A stretch of 32,000 nucleotides of DNA from Gammaproteobacteria bacterium (GTDB lineage: Bacteria; Pseudomonadota; Gammaproteobacteria; JBIOEC01), in NCBI GenBank assembly GCA_965279305.1, contig OZ257143.1:1800001-1832000 (forward strand), read 5' to 3'. The translations under genes were made by a program, and so were the position numbers. Below are positions 25,491-32,000 of the stretch, in pieces (position 1 is the first letter of the stretch; each line of letters begins with the position of its first letter). Below the pieces are notes generated by a model that saw only the letters and a list, made by a program, of their open reading frames with translations, did not search any database and was not told where the DNA came from.

Positions 25491-26489
25491 TTAGAGGTGG
25501 CCTATGCCCACTTTTTGTTTAATTTGTTGAAGAAATGGCACGCTAATGGCTCTGGCACGCTCAGCTCCCTTTATTAAAATCTGGTCGATTTTTTGAGGGT
25601 TAGCGATCCATTCTTGGTAACGCTCTCTAGGCTCTTTAAGCTCTCGGTTAATCGCTTCAAATAGAGCATCTTTAACGGCACCCCAGGCTATCCCCTCTTC
25701 GTATTGTTTCCGCATATCGGCTACTTCACTTGGGGTAGCAAAGGTTTGGAACCAAGAAAACAAACTGGAATTAGCCGGATCTTTAGGCTCACCTGGCTCT
25801 AAAGAATCGGTTTTAATTTTGCGTATTAATTTTAGTAAGTCTTTTTCGCTGCAAAATAAAGGAATAGTGTTGTGATAACTTTTACTCATTTTGCGACCAT
25901 CAAGCCCCATCAATAAGGCTGACTCTTGCTCCATCATCACCTCAGGTAATACAAAAGTTTCCCCGTAAATATGATTAAAACGTTGTGCAATATCTCTAGC
26001 CATTTCTAAATGCTGAATTTGATCTTTTCCTACCGGCACTTTTTTAGGGTTAAACATCACAATATCAGCGCTCATTAAAATAGGATAACAAAATAATCCC
26101 ATGGTAACGCCTTTATCCGGATCGTTTCCTTCTGCATTTTCAGCCACAGCTGCTTTGTATGCATGTGAGCGATTCATTAAACCTTTGGCGGTTACACAAG
26201 TTAATATCCAAGAAAGCTCTGAAATTTCAGGCACATCCGATTGTCTATAAAACGTGGAATGTTCTGGATCCAAACCTAATGCAAGCCAAGAAGCCGCAAT
26301 TTCAAGAGTAGACTGACGCACTTCTTCAGGTTTTTGGCATTTCACTAAAGCATGTAAATTAGCTAAAAAGAAAAAACTTTCTACATTTTTTTGATGGCTC
26401 ATCTTAATAGCAGGACGAATAGCCCCCACATAATTTCCAATATGAGGAGTTCCTGTGGTGGTAATGCCTGTTAAGATGCGTTCTTTCAT
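25491..26489 (-). CDS. trpS: Tryptophan--tRNA ligase
   Basis: The 332-aa product has a HIGH-type motif TGTPHIGNYVGA and KMSKS present verbatim. The class-I TrpRS length fits. Confidence 0.95.
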   Translation of the reverse strand: MKERILTGITTTGTPHIGNYVGAIRPAIKMSHQKNVESFFFLANLHALVKCQKPEEVRQSTLEIAASWLALGLDPEHSTFYRQSDVPEISELSWILTCVTAKGLMNRSHAYKAAVAENAEGNDPDKGVTMGLFCYPILMSADIVMFNPKKVPVGKDQIQHLEMARDIAQRFNHIYGETFVLPEVMMEQESALLMGLDGRKMSKSYHNTIPLFCSEKDLLKLIRKIKTDSLEPGEPKDPANSSLFSWFQTFATPSEVADMRKQYEEGIAWGAVKDALFEAINRELKEPRERYQEWIANPQKIDQILIKGAERARAISVPFLQQIKQKVGIGHL

Positions 26490-26974
26490 CGTTTTTTTCT
26501 CTCAAGAATTAAAAAAGCATAAGCATAATTATTTTTTTCATCCGGTGCATGGGTTTCGCTATCTACCGTTTCCCATTCTGATTCCGCCAATTCAGGAAAA
26601 TACGTATCTCCCGGAAACTCATGATCAATCAGCGTTAAATAAACACGTTGTACATACGGCATCATTTGTTCAAAAATTTGTTGTCCACCAATTACAAACG
26701 CTTCTGTAGCGTTATCCACTTTTTTTAAAGCTTCGGGAATATCATGAACAATAATAACGCTTGAAGGTGCTTCTACTCCGCTTCGGGTGATAACAATATT
26801 ATCTCGCCCAGGAAGCGGTTTACCTACCGATTCATAGGTATTTCTGCCCATCACAATAGGATGTCCCATGGTGATGCTTTTAAAATGTTGTAAATCGGCT
26901 GGAAAATGCCAAGGCATATTGCCTTGATAACCTATTACCCGATTTCTATCCATTGCTACTATTGCTGAAATCAT
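26486..26974 (-). CDS. folA: Dihydrofolate reductase
   Basis: The sequence MISAIVAMDRNRVIGYQGNMPWHFPADLQHFKSITMGHPIVMGRNTYESVGKPLPGR is collinear with E. coli FolA. The stop overlaps the trpS ATG (ATGA). Confidence 0.95.
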   Translation of the reverse strand: MISAIVAMDRNRVIGYQGNMPWHFPADLQHFKSITMGHPIVMGRNTYESVGKPLPGRDNIVITRSGVEAPSSVIIVHDIPEALKKVDNATEAFVIGGQQIFEQMMPYVQRVYLTLIDHEFPGDTYFPELAESEWETVDSETHAPDEKNNYAYAFLILERKKR

Positions 26975-26977
26975 AAG

Positions 26978-27772
26978 TTATACCGCAATAGGCGCAGAAA
27001 TCGCCGGATGAGATTCATATTCTTCCAAAACAAAATCGTCAAACGTAAAATCAAAAAGTGATGTTACATCAGGGTTTAATTTCATTTTAGGTAAGGTTTT
27101 TGGGGTTCGGCTTAACTGTAAATCTGCTTGCTCTAAATGATTTAAATACAAATGCGCGTCTCCTAAGGTATGTACAAATTCGCCCGGCTTTAACCCTGTT
27201 ACTTGCGCCAGCATCATCGTTAGCAAAGCATAAGAAGCAATATTAAAAGGGACACCCAGAAAAATATCGGCGCTACGCTGATAAAGCTGGCACGATAATT
27301 TTCCGTCCGCCACATAAAATTGAAACAAACAATGGCACGGTGGCAATGCCATTTTTGAAATTTCGCCCACATTCCATGCGTTTACTATCAAACGACGAGA
27401 ATTGGGATTATTTTTTAAGTCATGAATGAGTTGGGTTATTTGATCAATATGCTGTCCATCTGCAGTCGGCCAACTGCGCCATTGATATCCGTAAATAGGC
27501 CCTAAATCGCCATTAGCATTAGCCCATTCATCCCATATAGTTACTTTATGATCATTTAAATATTTAACGTTGGTATCACCCTTCAAGAACCATAATAATT
27601 CATGAATGATAGAGCGTAAGTGTAATTTTTTTGTGGTAATTAAAGGGAAACGCTCGCTAATATCAAAACGCATTTGATATCCAAATGTACTAAGCGTACC
27701 TACACCCGTGCGGTCTTCTTTGCGAGTGCCGTTTTCTTTTACATGCTTTAATAAGTCTAAATATTGTTTCAT
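26978..27772 (-). CDS. thyA: Thymidylate synthase
   Basis: The sequence [36 protein letters not shown]...[18 protein letters not shown] is near-identical in pattern to E. coli ThyA. The catalytic PPCH motif is present. The product is 264 aa. Confidence 0.97.
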   Translation of the reverse strand: MKQYLDLLKHVKENGTRKEDRTGVGTLSTFGYQMRFDISERFPLITTKKLHLRSIIHELLWFLKGDTNVKYLNDHKVTIWDEWANANGDLGPIYGYQWRSWPTADGQHIDQITQLIHDLKNNPNSRRLIVNAWNVGEISKMALPPCHCLFQFYVADGKLSCQLYQRSADIFLGVPFNIASYALLTMMLAQVTGLKPGEFVHTLGDAHLYLNHLEQADLQLSRTPKTLPKMKLNPDVTSLFDFTFDDFVLEEYESHPAISAPIAV

Positions 27773-28557
27773 GATTTTTTTCTATACGCTTGCCACACTA
27801 ACCACAGCCCTAATACCAACATAGGCACTGATAATAATTGCCCCATTGTCATCCAATCAAAGGCCACGAAGCCCATATGCAAATCAGGTTCACGGAAAAA
27901 TTCTACAATAAACCGGAACACAGCATAGCCGATTAAAAACACTCCCGCCACTGCGCCTGCAGGTCGCGGACGTGAAGAAAAACACCATACAATAGCGAAT
28001 AAGACCAAACCTTCCAAAGCAAATTCATATAACTGTGAAGGGTGTCTGGGCAATGTTCCTGCTTGAGGGAATACCACTCCCCAGCTCACATCGGTTACTC
28101 TACCCCATAACTCACCATTAATAAAATTACCTATTCTGCCCATCGCAAGCCCTAAGGGCACTAAAGGAGTCGCAAAATCAGCGACTTTAAATAAGGTTTT
28201 TTTGGTTCTACGCGAGAATAAATAGATCGCGAAAATAACGCCGAGCAAACCGCCATGAAAAGACATTCCGCCTTCCCATACTCTAAATACTGAAGCCGGA
28301 TCAATTAAAATCTGGTCAATATTATAAAATAAAATATAACCTAAACGTCCACCTACAATAGCGCCTAAGGCCGAGTAAAAAATTAAATCGCCTAATTGAT
28401 CAATGGTCCATCCAGAACCCGGCTGTTTTGCACGGTAATAACCTAAGCCCCACGCCAAGCTGAACGCCAATAAATACATAAGCCCATACCAATAAATAGG
28501 GAAAGAACCTATGCTAAAGGCTACGGGATCGATTTGAGGAAGATTAATCATAATCAC
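27769..28557 (-). CDS. lgt: Phosphatidylglycerol--prolipoprotein diacylglyceryl transferase
   Basis: Family blocks present are [34 protein letters not shown] and [14 protein letters not shown]. The ORF-track start is GTG 28557, with an alternative ATG at 28551. The stop overlaps the thyA ATG (ATGA). Confidence 0.94.
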   Translation of the reverse strand: MIMINLPQIDPVAFSIGSFPIYWYGLMYLLAFSLAWGLGYYRAKQPGSGWTIDQLGDLIFYSALGAIVGGRLGYILFYNIDQILIDPASVFRVWEGGMSFHGGLLGVIFAIYLFSRRTKKTLFKVADFATPLVPLGLAMGRIGNFINGELWGRVTDVSWGVVFPQAGTLPRHPSQLYEFALEGLVLFAIVWCFSSRPRPAGAVAGVFLIGYAVFRFIVEFFREPDLHMGFVAFDWMTMGQLLSVPMLVLGLWLVWQAYRKKS

Positions 28558-29939
28558 TTTTCCTTTAAGGCTAGAAGTAATTTAGTATAGATGCCACCAA
28601 AGCCGCCGTTGCTCATAATTAAAATATAATCACCTGGCTTGGCTGTTTTAGCCACGGCTTTAACAATATCATCTACTTTATCAAAAGCTTCAGCGGGTTT
28701 TGTTTTTGCTAATTCAGCAATCACATCATCCACTTGCCAATCGGTTTTTTCAGGCTGCTGCATAAAAACAGCATTCGCTTCTTTTAAACTGCCAGCTAAT
28801 GTTTCTTTATGTACCCCACTACGCATGGTATAAGAGCGAGGTTCAATAACCACAATAATATTGGCTTTACCTATATGCGCGCGCAAACCACCTAAGGTAG
28901 TTTGAATGGCAGTAGGATGATGAGCAAAATCATCATACACTTTAACGCCATTTTCTTCGCCTTTTAATTCTAACCTACGCGATGGCGCTTCAAAACTGGC
29001 TAACGCTTTTAAAGACTGCGATACCGATACATTCGCTTCTAATGCACACAATATAGCAGCTAATGCATTGTGCAAATTATGCATTCCTAATAATGACCAT
29101 GTTGCACTACCTTCTAATTTACCATTATGGTAAACCGAAAAAGTACTGCCATCTGGCGTATCCGCTTTTATTTGCCAATCACTTTTATTCGATTCCGCAC
29201 TAAATATTTCACTTGAAGACCAACAACCTTGATCAATTACTTCTTGAATAGCTTTAACGCCTGCAGGGTAAATAATTTTCCCATCAGCAGGAATAATGCG
29301 AACCAAATGATGAAATTGACGTTGAATATCTTTAAGATCGTTAAAAATATCCGCATGATCAAACTCAAGATTATTAATTAATAATACCCAAGGATGATAA
29401 TGAATAAATTTGGAACGTTTATCAAAAAAAGCAGTATCGTATTCATCGGCCTCGATCACAAAATATTCGCTATCGGTATAGCGTGCTGATATTCCAAAAT
29501 TTTTGGCTACACCACCAATCAAAAAACCTGGGTTTAAACCCGCATCTTCTAAAATCCATGCCAACATACTCGTGGTGGTCGTTTTTCCATGAGTTCCACT
29601 CACTGCAAATACTTTTTTTCCTACTAATGCATGTTCTTCCAGCCATTGCGCACCAGAGGAATAAGGTAAACGGTGAGATAAAATATATTCAACGCTAGGA
29701 TTTCCGCGGCTTAATGCATTACCGATTACTAATTCTGCATCTTTAGGCAAATGTTTGGGATCATAACCTTCTGTGGCCTTAATGCCTTCTGATGCTAACA
29801 AATCACTCATGGGTGGATATACTTGTTCATCTACACCAGTCACTTCACAACCCATTTGTTTGGCAATCTGTGCAATACCTGCCATAAAAGTGCCGCATAT
29901 TCCTAGAATATGCACATGTGGTTTTTTTCCCTTATTCAT
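28554..29939 (-). CDS. mpl: UDP-N-acetylmuramate:L-alanyl-gamma-D-glutamyl-meso-diaminopimelate ligase
   Basis: Blocks [63 protein letters not shown] and MSNGGFGGI are collinear with E. coli Mpl. I prefer ATG 29939 (AAGGGA SD, 14 nt after the purL stop) over the TTG 29966 extension in the ORF track. Confidence 0.92.
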   Translation of the reverse strand: MNKGKKPHVHILGICGTFMAGIAQIAKQMGCEVTGVDEQVYPPMSDLLASEGIKATEGYDPKHLPKDAELVIGNALSRGNPSVEYILSHRLPYSSGAQWLEEHALVGKKVFAVSGTHGKTTTTSMLAWILEDAGLNPGFLIGGVAKNFGISARYTDSEYFVIEADEYDTAFFDKRSKFIHYHPWVLLINNLEFDHADIFNDLKDIQRQFHHLVRIIPADGKIIYPAGVKAIQEVIDQGCWSSSEIFSAESNKSDWQIKADTPDGSTFSVYHNGKLEGSATWSLLGMHNLHNALAAILCALEANVSVSQSLKALASFEAPSRRLELKGEENGVKVYDDFAHHPTAIQTTLGGLRAHIGKANIIVVIEPRSYTMRSGVHKETLAGSLKEANAVFMQQPEKTDWQVDDVIAELAKTKPAEAFDKVDDIVKAVAKTAKPGDYILIMSNGGFGGIYTKLLLALKEK

Positions 29940-29953
29940 TTTGTCCCTTTTAT

Positions 29954-32000
29954 TTATTTTAACCAAACCCGCGCATTTCTAAATAAACGCATCCAAGGTC
30001 CATCATTGCCTTTCCATTCAGCTGGATGCCAAGAATGTTGTACTACTCTTACAATTCGTTCAGGGTGTGGCATCATAATAGTGACTCGTCCATCGGTTGT
30101 GGTAAAACCGGTTGCACCATTTGCTGATCCATTCGGATTGGCAGGATAACGTTCTGTTGCTTGCCCATGACCATCCACATAACGCGCACAAATTAAAGGA
30201 GCGTCGCCTTTCACATTTTCGGCAAAACCTTCACCATGAGACACAATAATCGGTAATATGCTGCCTTCCATCCCTTTTAATAAAATCGAAGGTGATTCCG
30301 CTATTTCTACATTCACTAATCGCGCTTCAAATTGCTCAGAGCGATTCGACATAAAATAAGGCCAGGCATCAGCACCCGGAATAAGCTCACGTAAATGCGA
30401 TAACATTTGGCATCCATTACAAATACCTAATGTGAAAGTATTATTCCGTGCAAAAAACTCAGCGAACACATCGCGCGCCACTTCGTTTCTTAATATAGTA
30501 GCAGCCCAACCGCGTCCTGCACCTAATACGTCTCCGTAAGAAAAACCACCGCAGGCCGCTAAACCATTAAAACCAGAAAGCTCTACACGACCCGATAATA
30601 TATCGGTCATATGTACATCCACGGCTTCAAAACCGGCATGCATAAATGCGGCGGCCATTTCTAAATGTCCATTAACGCCTTGTTCACGTAAAATAGCCAC
30701 TTTAGGCGCAATACCTTTATTAATATAGGGAGCTGCGATATCGTCACTCATATCAAAATTGATCTTGGCGATTAAACCAAGATCATTTTCGCCTAGAACC
30801 TGATCAAATTGTTGTAAAGCACATTCAGGATTATCTCTAAGCTTTTGAATTTCATAACTGGTTCTAGACCATTTACGCTGTAAATCCACACGGTTGGCTT
30901 GATAAATAAATTGATCAGATTTAATAGTAATATCATTATTACCATTCACTTTTGCTATTTCATGGCAGTATTGATCTAATTGATTTTTGTCAAAAATACT
31001 TTTTACTTTATCTACATCATTCATGCGAACTTGCACGACCACACCCAGCTCTTCATTAAATAAAACGGGTAAGCTTTCACCTAAATGGCTTATATCAATA
31101 TCTAAACCACAATGACTGGCAAAAGCCATCTCTAATAAAGTGGTGATTAATCCACCGTCTGAACGATCGTGGTAAGCTAACAATAATTCTTGATGACGCA
31201 GTTCTTGTAATGCACTAAAAAATTTCACTAGTAATTCAGGTTCTTCAACATTAGGGGGCACATCACCGATATGATTAAATACTTGTGCCAGTGCACTTCC
31301 ACCTAAACGCTGCTGCCCTTTTGCTAAATCAATAAACAATAATTGTGTATCGTGTTGCGTATCTAATAATGGAGTCAGTGTTTTTCTAATATCATTCACC
31401 GCTGAAAACGCAGTCACATTTAAAGATACAGGCGATACTACTAATTTATCGCCTGACCATGCAGAGCGCATGGATAAAGAATCTTTACCGACTGGAACGC
31501 TGATACCAAGTGCATAACACATATCATATGAAAGTGCTTTCACGGCTGCGTATAAACCAGCATCTTCACCTTCATATCCGCAAGCGGCCATCCAGTTTGC
31601 AGATAGTTTGACTTGATTGAGTGCTTTAATATCGGCCGCCATTAAATTTAATACAGCTTCACCTACCGCAATTCTTCCACTGGCAGCAGGATCTAATAAT
31701 GCAATAGGAGGTCTTTCACCTAATGCCATTGCTTCACCCGCAAAACCTTTATAATCAGCTGCAGTAACAGCTACGTCAGCAACAGGTACTTGCCATGGTC
31801 CAATCATTTGATCACGTGCCACCATACCGCCTACAGAGCGATCAGCAATGGTAATTAAAAATGTTTTATCAGACACGCAAGGTAATTGAAGTACACGATC
31901 AATTGCATCTTCTAATGAAATGGTTTTTAAATCTAAGGCTTGATGATTTTTCTTAACGGTTTTCACATTACGCGTTAAAGTTGGCATATTTTCTAATAAT
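29954..32000 (-). CDS. purL: Phosphoribosylformylglycinamidine synthase (large single-chain PurL), C-terminal about 680 aa; N-terminus lies beyond the window
   Basis: The C-terminal glutamine amidotransferase domain has GICNGCQML (catalytic Cys) and HGEG. The ORF stays open to the window edge. Met at 31987 is internal, since single-chain PurL is about 1300 aa. Confidence 0.95.
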   Translation of the reverse strand, partial: LLENMPTLTRNVKTVKKNHQALDLKTISLEDAIDRVLQLPCVSDKTFLITIADRSVGGMVARDQMIGPWQVPVADVAVTAADYKGFAGEAMALGERPPIALLDPAASGRIAVGEAVLNLMAADIKALNQVKLSANWMAACGYEGEDAGLYAAVKALSYDMCYALGISVPVGKDSLSMRSAWSGDKLVVSPVSLNVTAFSAVNDIRKTLTPLLDTQHDTQLLFIDLAKGQQRLGGSALAQVFNHIGDVPPNVEEPELLVKFFSALQELRHQELLLAYHDRSDGGLITTLLEMAFASHCGLDIDISHLGESLPVLFNEELGVVVQVRMNDVDKVKSIFDKNQLDQYCHEIAKVNGNNDITIKSDQFIYQANRVDLQRKWSRTSYEIQKLRDNPECALQQFDQVLGENDLGLIAKINFDMSDDIAAPYINKGIAPKVAILREQGVNGHLEMAAAFMHAGFEAVDVHMTDILSGRVELSGFNGLAACGGFSYGDVLGAGRGWAATILRNEVARDVFAEFFARNNTFTLGICNGCQMLSHLRELIPGADAWPYFMSNRSEQFEARLVNVEIAESPSILLKGMEGSILPIIVSHGEGFAENVKGDAPLICARYVDGHGQATERYPANPNGSANGATGFTTTDGRVTIMMPHPERIVRVVQHSWHPAEWKGNDGPWMRLFRNARVWLK

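Noticed and set aside
31985-31987. Met at 31987 as the purL start codon
   Set aside because: Single-chain PurL is about 1300 aa and the frame stays open to the window edge. This Met is internal, so the gene is truncated by the window.

Overview
This is a chromosomal window from a low-GC Gram-negative bacterium with gammaproteobacterial-type gene order. By eye the housekeeping genes are about 40-45% G+C. The eukaryote-like proteins suggest a Legionellales-like intracellular or amoeba-associated organism, but I cannot verify that here. Housekeeping blocks sit at both ends. On the left are rne-plsC(+), uvrB(-), a class-I aminotransferase(+) and a small PhnA-C-domain gene(-). On the right is a long co-directional minus-strand run, purL(partial)-mpl-lgt-thyA-folA-trpS, with ATGA-type start/stop overlaps. 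The accessory stretch between them (about 7.4-25.5 kb) holds five parts. (1) A 5.5-kb ORF encodes an 1836-aa mucin-like protein with two hydrophobic helices. It has 15-bp and 27-bp in-frame tandem repeats, a Cys-containing sequon-rich ectodomain, and a Cys-free proline-rich tail carrying PPxY and RxxPxxP motifs. (2) A three-gene minus-strand operon encodes a tandem-module periplasmic protein, an FAD aromatic hydroxylase and a MetA/phenol-type outer-membrane channel. (3) An ABC-F ATPase gene (ybiT-like) and a tRNA-Asn(GTT) with a good sigma70 promoter. (4) A compact wzm-wzt-wecA polysaccharide export and initiation cluster. (5) A very AT-rich ORF of about 1460-1484 aa whose central region reads as a eukaryotic RasGEF (Cdc25-homology) domain. 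I saw no CRISPR array, transposase, integrase, toxin-antitoxin pair or recognisable defence system. The two large eukaryote-like proteins are the most interesting content. All functional calls come from reading the translations and recalling family motifs; no searches were run.
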